Of a stretch of 64,000 bases of DNA, positions 7,452-18,543 are shown one piece after another. The first letter of the stretch is position 1. Each line of letters begins with the position of its first letter. The stretch is from Prochlorococcus sp. AG-418-G23 (GTDB lineage: Bacteria; Cyanobacteriota; Cyanobacteriia; PCC-6307; Cyanobiaceae), in NCBI GenBank assembly GCA_003214195.1, contig QCLY01000002.1:1996-65995 (forward strand). Direction: 5' to 3'. A program made the translations under genes and the position numbers. Under the pieces are notes generated by a model, which worked only from the letters and a program-made list of their open reading frames with translations, was not told the origin of the DNA and did no database searches.

Positions 7452-8345
7452 ATTCTCATCAAACTCCTCACTCTTTTTATTATTAAAATCATTCACAAAA
7501 CTATCCTTTAGACCATTGAGTAAATCAAAAGTTGGCGCCCATTCTAAATCACGTTTTATCTTAGAGATATCAGTTTGATAATGATTTAATCTAATTGGAA
7601 ATCCCTTTCGAGACTTAGGATCTAATTTTTGATAATCAAAAGTTCTTAAAGAAATCTCATTTTTGTTTAACCCAAGAACATTCGCACAAAAATAAATTAA
7701 ACCCTTGATTGTAACTCCTTTTTCACCTGAACAATTGTAAATATTATTTTTGGAATTTTTAAAATTTATGCACCTTATCATTACATCAGTTAGATCCGAA
7801 ACATGGCCTAGCTGAGTAATTAAAGAACCGTCACCAGGAATTGGTATAGATTTTTTAGTAAATAACCTTTCAAAAAACCAATTTTCAATTTTATTATAGT
7901 TTCCTGGTCCATAAATATAAGTAGGTCTAAAACTTGTAAAAGGAATTTTTTGTTTTTTTAACCAATTTTCTGTCTCAAACTTTCCTTTGTGCCTACTTTC
8001 TGGATCAATTGGATCAACTTCGGATATGGGTAGTTCACAATTATTTTTATAAACACCTGCAGAGCTTACATATATATATCTCTGGAAAGAGTTATCTAAA
8101 TTTTCTATAAGAAGTTTGGTTTGTTCTAACTCTCGTCCAGAAATATCATAAACAACATCATACTTTTTATTTCTTAGTCTGAGGATATCTTCTGAATTAT
8201 TTCTATCACCCTTAATTAAATTTGTTTTTTCAGGATTAATTTTATTGCCCCTCGTGAAAATATCAATATCATAATTTTTACTTAATAACTTTCCAACCAA
8301 AGACTTGCCAACAAATCTAGTGCCACCCATTACAAGAATTTTCAT
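7425..8345 (-). CDS. NAD-dependent epimerase/dehydratase family protein (CSP41b-like)
   Basis: MGGTRFVG, YVSSAGVY, RPTYIYGPGNY, TQLGHVSDL. Confidence 0.85.
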   Translation of the reverse strand: MKILVMGGTRFVGKSLVGKLLSKNYDIDIFTRGNKINPEKTNLIKGDRNNSEDILRLRNKKYDVVYDISGRELEQTKLLIENLDNSFQRYIYVSSAGVYKNNCELPISEVDPIDPESRHKGKFETENWLKKQKIPFTSFRPTYIYGPGNYNKIENWFFERLFTKKSIPIPGDGSLITQLGHVSDLTDVMIRCINFKNSKNNIYNCSGEKGVTIKGLIYFCANVLGLNKNEISLRTFDYQKLDPKSRKGFPIRLNHYQTDISKIKRDLEWAPTFDLLNGLKDSFVNDFNNKKSEEFDENSDNILFNS

Positions 8346-8437
8346 ATTCAAAAAATATTTAACTGAAGTAGTAATCTTAAATAGAATTACATACTGAATA
8401 GTACTACTAATAAGTTATTAATGAAAAGGATGATTCT

Positions 8438-9205
8438 ATGGACCTAATACCAGCAATTGATTTAATGAATGGTAAGTGTGTAAGGCTTGTTAAAGGCGAC
8501 TTTAATAAAAGAAAAGACTTCACCAAAGAGCCTCATGAGCAAGCTAAATTTTGGGAAAGCGAAGGGGCAAAATATATACATATAGTTGATTTGGATGCAG
8601 CAAAAACTGGATCCCCAACAAACGATAAATCAATAAAAAAGATTGCAAAAACAGTTAACATACCTATTCAAATAGGTGGAGGGGTAAGGTCTCAAGAAAG
8701 GATAGAACAACTATTTTCTTATGGCATTGATAAAGTTATAATGGGAACTTCTGCGATAGAAAATAAAGAACTAGTTAAAGACTTATCAAATAAATTTCCT
8801 GGTAGGATAATTATTGGGATAGATGCAAAAGATGGAAAAGTTAGTACAAGGGGGTGGCTTGAGCAATCTAATATTTTAGCCACAGATCTAGTGAAGGAGT
8901 TTTCTTCATTTAAAATTGCTAGTTTTATTGTTACAGATATAAATACAGATGGGACATTAGAAGGGACAAATGAAGATTTCATAAAAAGCATACTTGAAAT
9001 TACAGATATTCCAGTAATAGCCTCAGGAGGTGTTGGTTCAATTTCTGATTTATTATCGTTAGTAAAATTTGAAAACTCTGGACTCTTTGGAGTAATTGTA
9101 GGTAAAGCTCTATATGAAAATAAATTCACGATAAACGAAGCGAATAATGTATTGTCATCAGAGAGATTAAATGACTTTGATTTAAACAGAAATTACTACG
9201 CTTAA
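8438..9205 (+). CDS. hisA: Phosphoribosylformimino-AICAR isomerase (HisA)
   Basis: IPAIDL..GKCVRL, HIVDLDAA, QIGGGVRS, TDINTDGTLEG, IASGGV. Confidence 0.97.
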   Translation: MDLIPAIDLMNGKCVRLVKGDFNKRKDFTKEPHEQAKFWESEGAKYIHIVDLDAAKTGSPTNDKSIKKIAKTVNIPIQIGGGVRSQERIEQLFSYGIDKVIMGTSAIENKELVKDLSNKFPGRIIIGIDAKDGKVSTRGWLEQSNILATDLVKEFSSFKIASFIVTDINTDGTLEGTNEDFIKSILEITDIPVIASGGVGSISDLLSLVKFENSGLFGVIVGKALYENKFTINEANNVLSSERLNDFDLNRNYYA

Positions 9206-9284
9206 AAGAGTATAAACATTGATTTAAGACTGGTTTTTGCAGTAATTGTAAGTTAATTTTGTATAAGAGATAAGAAATCTAGTC

Positions 9285-10901
9285 TTGGAATTAATTTCAA
9301 AAAAATCAATATTGATTATTGCTCCAAGCTTAATAGCAGAATCTTTATCGCTTAAGTTAACATCACTAGACCAAAATTTAGACATTAATTTTAATAATGG
9401 AACAGGTGATAAAACTCCGGATTTAGTTATATGGAATGTTCTTAATTTCCAATCAGAAGATCTTATAAGGTTAGAATTATTAAAATTAAGAGAAAGATAT
9501 GATGAGTCAAAGTTTCTTATAATTATCTCTGGCGAACTTGTTTATGAAGCAAATACCACTCCATCGTTAAATGCTGAAGGTTTTCTTTTAAATCCCAGTG
9601 CAGAAAAAGTTCTTGAATCTATTAATACCATTTTAAATGGAGGAAGGGCATTTGATATTGAAAATAATTCCCGAGTTCAATTAAACAAAAATAAGCCACT
9701 CTCTTTTAGTCAAAAAATTCTAACTTCGGGTCTTAAACAAATAGATACTGAAATTAATTATATATTCAAATATGTCAACTCTGATTCAACGGCAGAATTT
9801 TATAAATTCATTTTAAAAGGAAGATTAAGAGAACTTATTACTGCAAAATCTTTTCTAATTTTTTTATGGGGTAATTCACTAGAACTTTATACAGAGGCAG
9901 TTTACACTGAAAATAAAATTAATCTTGAAAATAAAAACACTGTATTCATTAAAGATAAAAACACTACTGAAATATGGAATTTAATTTTAGATAGACTAAA
10001 AGAAAGGTATAGTTCAACTAACTTACAGGTTGAATTCAATAATTCATCAATAATTCTTTCTGGGATAAAAAAAGAATTTATTTCACGACTAATTTGCAAA
10101 ATGTTAGATGAGTTAGATAATTTAGTCAAAAATATTAAGGCAAACTATAAGGAGAAAGATTTTAAGGATGATTTAAATTCTCTTATAAAAGAACTTAAAG
10201 TTAATACAATTTCAAATATCGCAGACAGCTATTTTCGATTAAAAAAAGGAAGCGAATCTGTTTCAATACATGATTTTATTTATAGTGAGGTAAGTTGTGA
10301 AGAAATAGATAGAGAATCTCATGAATCAATAATGTTTATTGAGCCAATTATTAAAAATGAAGCTCTTGACTATGATGGAAAATTACTCCCTCTATATGAA
10401 ACAGAATCGTTTTTGATCCTTGAAAATATCATTTCGAATTGGACAATAAGGAACTGTAATTTATTAGCTTCTGAAATCTTTAATATTTGTTCTTATTGGC
10501 CTGAATTAAGAACTGTACTTATAAATCCCGAATTACAATCAACAAGAAATTTTGAAAGATTTAGAAATAATATTAATAACTACAATCGTTGGCATGACTA
10601 TATTTATATGCCTATCTACTTGTATGAGAGTAAACGAGAATATATTGATATTATCGATAAAAAATTTACTCGTTACTTTAAAAATGAAAATAGGGAGAAA
10701 GAATTAGAGAATCTAGAATGGCTACAAAAACAAGTTACATTGTTAGTTGAGATAAGAGATGCCGTAGCACCGCAGTTAGAAATTGCTGTAAAATATATCG
10801 GTAATCTTTTTGTAACTTTTCTTACAAAGGTCGTTGGCAAAGCTATCGGTTTAATTGGGAAAGGAATCCTTCAAGGATTAGGAAGATCAAGTTCAAAGTA
10901 A
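9285..10901 (+). CDS. DUF3685/Ycf55-like protein with a degenerate N-terminal receiver-like domain
   Basis: C-terminal STRNFERFRNN, WLQKQVTLLVEIRDAVAPQL, VVGKAIGLIGKGILQGLG. Confidence 0.75.
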   Translation: MELISKKSILIIAPSLIAESLSLKLTSLDQNLDINFNNGTGDKTPDLVIWNVLNFQSEDLIRLELLKLRERYDESKFLIIISGELVYEANTTPSLNAEGFLLNPSAEKVLESINTILNGGRAFDIENNSRVQLNKNKPLSFSQKILTSGLKQIDTEINYIFKYVNSDSTAEFYKFILKGRLRELITAKSFLIFLWGNSLELYTEAVYTENKINLENKNTVFIKDKNTTEIWNLILDRLKERYSSTNLQVEFNNSSIILSGIKKEFISRLICKMLDELDNLVKNIKANYKEKDFKDDLNSLIKELKVNTISNIADSYFRLKKGSESVSIHDFIYSEVSCEEIDRESHESIMFIEPIIKNEALDYDGKLLPLYETESFLILENIISNWTIRNCNLLASEIFNICSYWPELRTVLINPELQSTRNFERFRNNINNYNRWHDYIYMPIYLYESKREYIDIIDKKFTRYFKNENREKELENLEWLQKQVTLLVEIRDAVAPQLEIAVKYIGNLFVTFLTKVVGKAIGLIGKGILQGLGRSSSK

Positions 10902-10915
10902 GTTTTTAAACTTCA

Positions 10916-11467
10916 ATGAAAATAATTCAATGGATCCTAATAGCATTAATTTTCTTAAGTCCATATAAAGCAAATGCCTCTAGAGATTCTGATAGTTACG
11001 ATGGCAACATCTTTCCTATATATGCAGGTAATGGGGCTATAGTTCCTCCCCAGACAACTCTTCAGGAATCATTAAAAAACAAAAGAGTCGCAGTTTTATT
11101 TTTTTATCTTGACGATAGCTCAGATAGTAAAGCTATGGCTCCGATAATATCTGGTTTAGATTTGATATGGAGAAATAATATAGATATTATTGCTCTAACT
11201 ACTGATGAATTACAGGATAAAGAAAAGTCTGATCTTAAAAATGAACCTAATTATTATTGGAACGGATTAATTCCACAAACCATTATTTTAAATAGTGATG
11301 GCGAAGTTAAATATGATAAAAACGGAATGATTAAAATCGATGATTTAAACAAAATTATAGGAGATCTAAAAGGAATTGATATAGAAGATACGACATTTTC
11401 TTTAGAAAGTTTCAATGAATACAACAGTATCATTTCTGAAAAAAAGATGAAAACAAAAATTGATTAA
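10916..11467 (+). CDS. Exported thioredoxin-fold protein lacking CxxC (thylakoid PSI accumulation factor-like)
   Basis: Signal peptide; DSYDGNIFPIYAGNGAIVPP; FFYLDDSSDSK; YYWNGLIPQTII. Confidence 0.7.
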   Translation: MKIIQWILIALIFLSPYKANASRDSDSYDGNIFPIYAGNGAIVPPQTTLQESLKNKRVAVLFFYLDDSSDSKAMAPIISGLDLIWRNNIDIIALTTDELQDKEKSDLKNEPNYYWNGLIPQTIILNSDGEVKYDKNGMIKIDDLNKIIGDLKGIDIEDTTFSLESFNEYNSIISEKKMKTKID

Positions 11468-11470
11468 AAA

Positions 11471-12637
11471 ATGATATTAATAAATATCCTCTTAGTTCTT
11501 TTAATTTTTTTAATTCTTTCAGATTTATTTATTAAAAACTCACCCAAATCAAAGTTAAATCTGGTTCCTATAAATTATAAAATCAGAAAAAAGGATGGAT
11601 TAAACGAATTAATTATTGATTTTAAAATAACTAATAAAAGTAGAACCAAAGAGACCATGGTATCAAATATAAATTTTGAATTAGATTTTTTTAAAAGTAA
11701 AGGTAACGAATATTATCAAGATTTTAATTATCAAGAAGATATTTATATATATGAAAATAATAAAATTAAGAATTTAAATAATTACTGGCCAACAACAATT
11801 ATCAAGTCAAATGCAGAATTATTTGTAAGAATCATATATAGATTTAGCAATAATAATTTTAGAAAAAAAATAAAATATCTATGGTTAAAGATATATTGGG
11901 AGAACTATGGACATTTTGGTATTTCAACTAATAAGGATTGTTTGTTAATTAATTTAGATGGTCAAAAACAAAGGCCGAAAGAAGTTTTTGAAATTCCAAT
12001 AAATAATAAATATAAAGCTTTCGCTGTTAAAACTGATTTACTTGGTTGCTTTGATAATCCAGTAAATACTGTGATCAAATACTGCAAAGGAATTGTAGAA
12101 AAAAATGATATTTTAACTATCGGAGAGAGTCCGCTAGCGATTATGCAAAATAGATATATTTCCCCTCAAAATTTAGAATATAGTTTATTTTCGAAAGCTT
12201 TATGTTATTTTTTTCATCCTACAAGCAGTCTCGCAACGGCTTGCGGCATGCAATTATTAATAAATAGAATTGGAGTTACAAGAATAACAGTTGCACTAAT
12301 TGTTGGATTTCTCTTCAAATTAGTTGGTATTAAAGGTATGTTTTATAGGTTAACTGGTTCAGAATCATCCCTTATAGATGATATAAGCGGTACAGTTACA
12401 CCTTACGACAAGAGTATAGTTATGGGTCCTATCAATGCCGATTTGTTTTGTAAGGAGGTCTCGAGCTATCTAAATATAGATGTTGCTGTGGTCGATGTTA
12501 ATGATCTTGGAGGTGTGAAAGTCTTAGCCAGTTCAAATAAAAAAGTAAATAAAATACTCAAAAGAAACTTAATATCTAATCCAGCTGGCAATGGAGATGA
12601 AAAAACCCCTATAGTATTAATAAGAGAAAAAAAGTAA
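11471..12637 (+). CDS. F420-0:gamma-glutamyl ligase (CofE)-like protein with N-terminal membrane anchor
   Basis: DILTIGESPLAIMQ, IDDISGTVTPYD, AVVDVNDLG, NPAGNGDEKTPIVLIR. Confidence 0.7.
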   Translation: MILINILLVLLIFLILSDLFIKNSPKSKLNLVPINYKIRKKDGLNELIIDFKITNKSRTKETMVSNINFELDFFKSKGNEYYQDFNYQEDIYIYENNKIKNLNNYWPTTIIKSNAELFVRIIYRFSNNNFRKKIKYLWLKIYWENYGHFGISTNKDCLLINLDGQKQRPKEVFEIPINNKYKAFAVKTDLLGCFDNPVNTVIKYCKGIVEKNDILTIGESPLAIMQNRYISPQNLEYSLFSKALCYFFHPTSSLATACGMQLLINRIGVTRITVALIVGFLFKLVGIKGMFYRLTGSESSLIDDISGTVTPYDKSIVMGPINADLFCKEVSSYLNIDVAVVDVNDLGGVKVLASSNKKVNKILKRNLISNPAGNGDEKTPIVLIREKK

Positions 12638-13699
12638 ATGAAAAAAGATACCTCTTATTCTTTTCAATCTAAAAAAGGAATAGAAGTAACTTTTGAAGAA
12701 CTCCATATAAGGCACATTAATCTTTTAATAGATATTAAAAATAAGGAATTGAATAATTGGTTTTTAAAGATGGCAATTATAAATACATTTGATGACTTAA
12801 AAATTTTTTTAAATAATCTTAAGAAAAATAAAAATAAATGCATAATTGCTAAATATGGAAACGAAATTATTGGTTATTTGAATATTTTTCCTTTAAATAA
12901 AAAAGAGACATGCTTAAAAATATCTAAGCCCAAGTTGATTAAGAACAAGTGTTCTTTAACAGATAAACAATTAACTTTAGGATTGATAAAGAAATCTATC
13001 TCAATAAAAGATATCAAAACTTCAAGTTGGATAATTAATTCAGATATAAATAATGTTGACCTAATATCAACCTCAAGAGAAACAGGCTTTCAACCGTTAG
13101 AAGAGATAATCCTTTGGGATGGTACTGATCTAAACAAATCTATAAATCAAAAAACCAATACCTATACATTAATCAATGAATTCCAAAACATTAATAAACA
13201 AAATATCTTAAAAATAGTTAATTTCATAAGATCAAATCAATCTCCTTTAATAAGAAATATTTTAAATTTTGATCAAGGGGACATTCTTAAAAGAAATAAC
13301 TCTAAAAGTGGTGCATTAATATATGAAAATTCAGTTTTATGTACAATTTTAAAAGATATTAATTATCAAAATGACGAAATTTATACTTTAACTATAAGTA
13401 GATATTGGGATAAGAGATTCAATTCTATTTTAAAAGAATTTATAAAAAGATTTTTTGAAAAATCACCTGTTTCATATTTAAAAACCTATAAAGAAAATTC
13501 TCAATTAAATCTTTTTCTTGAAGAATGTAATCTCACAGAAAAAAATCAAGAAATAATTCTTATTAGGAACACAATAGTTAAGAATGAAGCCAAACAAGTA
13601 AATATATTAAATAAATCTTTGGAATCTATCTTTGAAAAATTAAGTCCACAAGGTAATCCATATCCATCTCCATCTCCCTTTCCATTAAAAACAAAGTGA
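12638..13699 (+). CDS. Conserved hypothetical protein, possibly a degenerate GNAT fold
   Basis: [14 protein letters not shown] and RETGFQPL resemble GNAT elements; lies within an operon. Confidence 0.5.
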   Translation: MKKDTSYSFQSKKGIEVTFEELHIRHINLLIDIKNKELNNWFLKMAIINTFDDLKIFLNNLKKNKNKCIIAKYGNEIIGYLNIFPLNKKETCLKISKPKLIKNKCSLTDKQLTLGLIKKSISIKDIKTSSWIINSDINNVDLISTSRETGFQPLEEIILWDGTDLNKSINQKTNTYTLINEFQNINKQNILKIVNFIRSNQSPLIRNILNFDQGDILKRNNSKSGALIYENSVLCTILKDINYQNDEIYTLTISRYWDKRFNSILKEFIKRFFEKSPVSYLKTYKENSQLNLFLEECNLTEKNQEIILIRNTIVKNEAKQVNILNKSLESIFEKLSPQGNPYPSPSPFPLKTK

Positions 13700-14157
13700 A
13701 ATTTTGCAAACCCAAACCCAAGTCAATTTTGAGTTTGGATATAGGTATCAAAAGAATAGGATTAGCTTATTGTGATCCCCTATGCATAACATCAAATATA
13801 CTTCCAGCAGTAAAACGGTTTAAAAATAATCAAGAGATTAAAATCATTAGAAATTATATAAATGAATTAAATTTGACTGGTTTTATTGTGGGTATTCCAC
13901 TAGATGATGAAGGTCAAATGACCACTCAAGCTATAGACTGTAAAAATTACGGTCAATTACTTTCAAATGAATTAAAGCTTCCATTTTCATACGTAAACGA
14001 ACATAGTTCAACTTGGGAATCTTCATATAGATTTGGAATAAAAAAAGATAAATCCGGATTGATTGATAGTTTTTCAGCAAAAATAATACTTGAACAATGG
14101 ATCGCAGAGGGTCCTGAATTAGAAGAAATAGCTGGTAAACCTCAGATAAAATATTAG
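13696..14157 (+). CDS. ruvX: YqgF/RuvX nuclease
   Basis: [42 protein letters not shown]. Confidence 0.92.
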   Translation: MKFCKPKPKSILSLDIGIKRIGLAYCDPLCITSNILPAVKRFKNNQEIKIIRNYINELNLTGFIVGIPLDDEGQMTTQAIDCKNYGQLLSNELKLPFSYVNEHSSTWESSYRFGIKKDKSGLIDSFSAKIILEQWIAEGPELEEIAGKPQIKY

Positions 14158-14183
14158 TATTAAAAAGGATAGATAATTTTTAA

Positions 14184-14720
14184 ATGAAAGAAGCCAATTC
14201 AAATGATAATTATGATGCACAGACTCTTCTATTAAATGACTCAAATGGGAACGAGCTATTTTGTTATCTTGAACAATTAGTAAGTGTTGAAGGCCAAGAA
14301 TATGCTTTATTAACGCCAGTTGATACTCCAATAAGTCTTTTTAAGATAAATGAAAAAGATGAACCTGAACTAATTGAGAAAATAGATAAAAATGAACAAA
14401 TACTAAAAAATGCTGAAGCAGTTCTTCAAGAACATGATTTAAGACTTATTAGATCAGCAGTTACATTAACAGTATCAGGAGAACTTGAAGAACCAATTTA
14501 CGATGAATTAGAAGAAGATTTCGTCGATGATGAAAGTGAGAGTTATGAATTGCTCGTTAACTTTAACCTTTTTGACCAAGAATATGGCTTATATATACCA
14601 TTAGATCCTTTTTTTATTGTGGGTAAATTAAAAGACAAAGGTGCCTTATTAGTTGAAGATGATGAGTTCGATAAAATTCAACCTTTGATTGAAACTGAGC
14701 TTGAAAAAAGTAGTTCTTAA
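14184..14720 (+). CDS. DUF3727-family acidic protein
   Basis: CYLEQ, EYALLTPVDTP, L.RSAVTLTVSGE, YGLYIPLDPFFIV. Confidence 0.75.
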   Translation: MKEANSNDNYDAQTLLLNDSNGNELFCYLEQLVSVEGQEYALLTPVDTPISLFKINEKDEPELIEKIDKNEQILKNAEAVLQEHDLRLIRSAVTLTVSGELEEPIYDELEEDFVDDESESYELLVNFNLFDQEYGLYIPLDPFFIVGKLKDKGALLVEDDEFDKIQPLIETELEKSSS

Positions 14721-14725
14721 AATAA

Positions 14726-15220
14726 ATGAGATCTATCCTAAAAGTCAATTGGGATTCAGACTTACCAATATATAATATTTCTCAATCTGAGTTGCAAAAA
14801 AAAGGAATTAATTCTTTATTGTTAGATGTGGATGGGACTCTAGTAAATAGAAAATCAAATACGATCCCAAAATCTGTAAAAAATTGGATCATAGAATCTA
14901 AAAAACTTTTCTCCTTATATCTAATAAGTAATAATCCATCAAAAAAAAGAATCGCAAAAATAGCGAAAGAATTAAATTTAAGGTATAAATACAATGCATC
15001 AAAACCCAGAAAAAAAGTAACTTTGTCTGCTATCAAAGAAATTGGAAAAGAGCCAAAAAATATAGCCATTATTGGCGACAGAATTTTTACAGATATTATT
15101 GTTGGGAATAGATGTGATATAAAAACAATATTAGTAAAGCGATTAAATAGAGATGGCTTACCTATAAAATTTAATTTAACTTTGACAATAGAAAAATTAA
15201 TTTCTCATTTTATAAAATGA
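14726..15220 (+). CDS. YqeG-family HAD IIIA phosphatase
   Basis: [25 protein letters not shown]. Confidence 0.9.
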   Translation: MRSILKVNWDSDLPIYNISQSELQKKGINSLLLDVDGTLVNRKSNTIPKSVKNWIIESKKLFSLYLISNNPSKKRIAKIAKELNLRYKYNASKPRKKVTLSAIKEIGKEPKNIAIIGDRIFTDIIVGNRCDIKTILVKRLNRDGLPIKFNLTLTIEKLISHFIK

Positions 15221-16299
15221 AAACTTGGGTTATAAAAATTGGTACTAGTATTTTAAGAGGAACAGAGGAAATATCTACAGAAGAAGTTATTGAAAACCTC
15301 TCTAGATCCTTTATAAGTTTTCTTTCAAAAGGAAACAAATTAATTTTAGTAACTAGTGGAGCCGTTGGATTAGGTTGCCAAAAATTAAAAATTAAAACAA
15401 GACCAATTGATTTAAGTACCCTTCAAGCTACTGCTGCAGTAGGTCAAGTTAATTTAATGTCCTTATACGATAAAGTATTTAATAAATTAGGTCATAATAT
15501 TGCTCAAATTTTAATAACTAAAGCTGATTTCAATTCACGAGAGTCGTTTAATAACGCTTCTAAAACTTTAAGAAAATTACTCGATTTGAATGTTCTTCCA
15601 ATAGTAAATGAAAATGATACCGTAGCAAATGAAGAGCTTAAATATGGAGATAATGATACCCTATCTGCTTTAGTTGCCTTAGCTATAAATGCAGACAAGC
15701 TTATTTTATTAACCGATATTGAAAATCTATACTCAAAAGATCCACGTAATAATAAAGATGCGCAACCTATTAAAGAAGTTCATAATAGTGAATTAAAGGA
15801 AATTAAAGATAAAAATGTTCAAAACTCAAATAATGAATGGGGTACAGGAGGAATTTCTACAAAATTAATTTCTGCAGAAATAGCAACAAAAGGAGGAGTT
15901 GAAGTCCAACTAGTTGATGGAACTAATAAAAAAAACTTAATTGAAATTTTTAATGATAATAAAATTGGAACTCTATTTTATCCAGTAGAAAAACCTATTG
16001 GAAACAAAAAAAGTTGGCTTTCACATGCAATTCAAACAGTAGGGAAAATTACTTTAGATGATGGCGCTTCTTTTGCAATTAAAAAAAAAGGTGCCTCACT
16101 TTTAGCTGTTGGTGTCAAGAATGTAGAAGGAAACTTTACGATTAATCAGGCAGTTAAAATCGTAAATTCAAATGATAAAGAAGTTGCAAAAGGTTTAGTA
16201 TCAATAAGTAGCGACAAATTAAGAAGTATCTTAAATAATAAAGAAAATAACAACTCCTCGATAATTGTCGTACACAGAGATGTTCTTGCTCTTTCTTAG
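15217..16299 (+). CDS. proB: Glutamate 5-kinase
   Basis: [41 protein letters not shown] domain ending VVHRD. Confidence 0.97.
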   Translation: MKTWVIKIGTSILRGTEEISTEEVIENLSRSFISFLSKGNKLILVTSGAVGLGCQKLKIKTRPIDLSTLQATAAVGQVNLMSLYDKVFNKLGHNIAQILITKADFNSRESFNNASKTLRKLLDLNVLPIVNENDTVANEELKYGDNDTLSALVALAINADKLILLTDIENLYSKDPRNNKDAQPIKEVHNSELKEIKDKNVQNSNNEWGTGGISTKLISAEIATKGGVEVQLVDGTNKKNLIEIFNDNKIGTLFYPVEKPIGNKKSWLSHAIQTVGKITLDDGASFAIKKKGASLLAVGVKNVEGNFTINQAVKIVNSNDKEVAKGLVSISSDKLRSILNNKENNNSSIIVVHRDVLALS

Positions 16300-16318
16300 A
16301 AAAAATTAAAACTGAAAA

Positions 16319-17353
16319 ATGCTTTTAAGTGATTTAGTTGATCTAATAAAAAAAGGAAATTCAAATTTTATTAGTGCCAATATTTTCGAAAATTTAAATA
16401 TAGATGATGCTGCCTCATTAGATGCTGCAGTTAAATATCAAATATCTTTTTTAGAAGAAAATAATGTCCTTAAAGAGAAATTAGATCAAACTAAAGCATC
16501 AGCAATAATAACGACTAACAACGATGAAATAGTTAGTACCCTTAAGAAACTCAAGATATCAAACATAATCGTTAAAAATCCAAGAATTGCATTTGCAGAA
16601 GTATTAGATTTTTTATATAAAACTATCAATTTAAAACCAGGAATTCATGCTTCAGCGGTTATAGATAAAACAGCAATAATTGGAGCAGATTGCCATATTG
16701 GACCTAATGTCTATATCGGAGAAAATACAGTAATTGGAGACAATAATCATATTCTTCCTGGATCATCAATTTTAGGCAATGTTCAAATAGGAAATAATAA
16801 TATAATTCATCCAAATTGTGTTATTTACGAAAATACCACCCTAAAAAATAATTGTGTAATTAATTCAAATTCTGTTATTGGATCAGAGGGATTTGGTTTT
16901 ATTCCTAAAAATGGAAAATGGGTAAAGATGCCTCAAAAAGGTGGTGTAAAAATAATGAGTTTTGTAGAAATTGGAACGAATTGTTGTATTGATAGACCCG
17001 CAATTGGATTTACTTTTATTGATGAGGGCACAAAGTTAGATAATTTAATACAAATAGGTCATGGAGTAAAAATTGGAAAGAATTGTGCATTTGCAGCTCA
17101 AGTTGGTATCGCTGGAGGAGCAAATATTGGAGATGGTGTTATTTTGGCAGGTCAAGTAGGAGTCAATAATAGAGTAAAAGTTGGTAATAATGTCATAGCT
17201 AGTTCAAAATGCGGAATCCATTGTGACATAGAAGATGGCAAGGTAATTAGTGGTTTCCCCGCGATTGAAAATAAATCTTGGCTAAGGAGTTCAAGTATTT
17301 TTAAAAAATTACCAGAATTAGCAAAAAAACTTAGACAACTAGACAAGCAATAA
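16319..17353 (+). CDS. lpxD: UDP-3-O-acylglucosamine N-acyltransferase
   Basis: Hexapeptide repeats, IGSEGFGF, KLDNLIQIGHGV, AAQVGIAG. Confidence 0.95.
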   Translation: MLLSDLVDLIKKGNSNFISANIFENLNIDDAASLDAAVKYQISFLEENNVLKEKLDQTKASAIITTNNDEIVSTLKKLKISNIIVKNPRIAFAEVLDFLYKTINLKPGIHASAVIDKTAIIGADCHIGPNVYIGENTVIGDNNHILPGSSILGNVQIGNNNIIHPNCVIYENTTLKNNCVINSNSVIGSEGFGFIPKNGKWVKMPQKGGVKIMSFVEIGTNCCIDRPAIGFTFIDEGTKLDNLIQIGHGVKIGKNCAFAAQVGIAGGANIGDGVILAGQVGVNNRVKVGNNVIASSKCGIHCDIEDGKVISGFPAIENKSWLRSSSIFKKLPELAKKLRQLDKQ

Positions 17354-17381
17354 TTTATTGTTCTATTAAACAAAAATTTAA

Positions 17382-18455
17382 ATGAAGAAATATAAGATTG
17401 TTTTATTGTCAGGTGACGGAATTGGACCAGAGATTTCAGAAGTTTCAAAAAAAGTTTTAAAAAAGCTTTCGAAAAATCATAATTTCGATATTGAGATTAT
17501 TGAAAAATTTTTTGGAGGGATAGCTTATGAAAAATATGGTACTCCTGCTCCAGATGAGACACTAGATCAATGCAAAAAAAGTGATGCTGTACTTTTAGCA
17601 TGTGTTGGAGATATTAAATATGACTCTCTTGCAAGAGAATTAAGGCCAGAAAGTGGATTACTAAAGTTAAGATCTGTACTAAACCTTTTCGCAAATATCA
17701 GGCCTGTCAAAATAAGAAAGTCTCTCTTAGATGCAAGTACATTAAAAAAAGAAATAGTTGAGAATGTAGATCTTATTGTTGTAAGAGAATTAATAGGGGG
17801 TATTTATTTTGGGAAACCAAGAGGACACATAACAAATACAAAAATCCCAAAAGCTTTCAATACGATGGTTTACGATTCAGACGAAATAGAAAGAATAACT
17901 GAAATAGCAATAAAAATTGCTAATCAAAGAAATAAAAAAATATGTTCTGTTGATAAATCAAACGTTCTTGAGGTTAGTCAATTGTGGAGAGATACAGTTT
18001 TAAATATCACCTCAAAAGATAAAAATATATCTCTAAGCAATATGTACGTTGATAATGCAGCAATGCAATTAGTTAGAGATCCTGGTCAATTTGATGTGAT
18101 TTTAACTAGTAATTTATTTGGAGATATTTTAAGCGATTTAGCCGCAATGTTAACTGGTTCTATTGGTATGCTTCCATCTGCTTCATTAAACAATAATGGT
18201 CCAGGAGTTTTTGAACCTGTTCATGGTTCGGCTCCTGATATAGCTGGTAAAAACTTAGCGAATCCTATTGCAATGCTTTTATCTGCTTCCATGATGTTAA
18301 AAATTGGATTAAATGAACAAGAAGCTGCAGAAAATTTAGAGACTGCCATTGATAAAGTTTTATCAAAAGGATTTAGAACAGCAGATTTAGCAGATGGGTC
18401 ATCCGAAGTATTATCTTGTAGTGATATCGGGGATAAAATAATAGAAGAAATTTAA
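17382..18455 (+). CDS. leuB: 3-isopropylmalate dehydrogenase
   Basis: GDGIGPE, NLFGDILSD, GSIGMLPSASL, EPVHGSAPDIAG. Confidence 0.97.
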   Translation: MKKYKIVLLSGDGIGPEISEVSKKVLKKLSKNHNFDIEIIEKFFGGIAYEKYGTPAPDETLDQCKKSDAVLLACVGDIKYDSLARELRPESGLLKLRSVLNLFANIRPVKIRKSLLDASTLKKEIVENVDLIVVRELIGGIYFGKPRGHITNTKIPKAFNTMVYDSDEIERITEIAIKIANQRNKKICSVDKSNVLEVSQLWRDTVLNITSKDKNISLSNMYVDNAAMQLVRDPGQFDVILTSNLFGDILSDLAAMLTGSIGMLPSASLNNNGPGVFEPVHGSAPDIAGKNLANPIAMLLSASMMLKIGLNEQEAAENLETAIDKVLSKGFRTADLADGSSEVLSCSDIGDKIIEEI

Positions 18456-18543
18456 AAAAAAATTAATAAATAAAAAATATTTTTAACTTGAACATAAAGT
18501 TGGCATATGACCTGTCAGAATCAGTAGATATTGTTTTTAAAAA

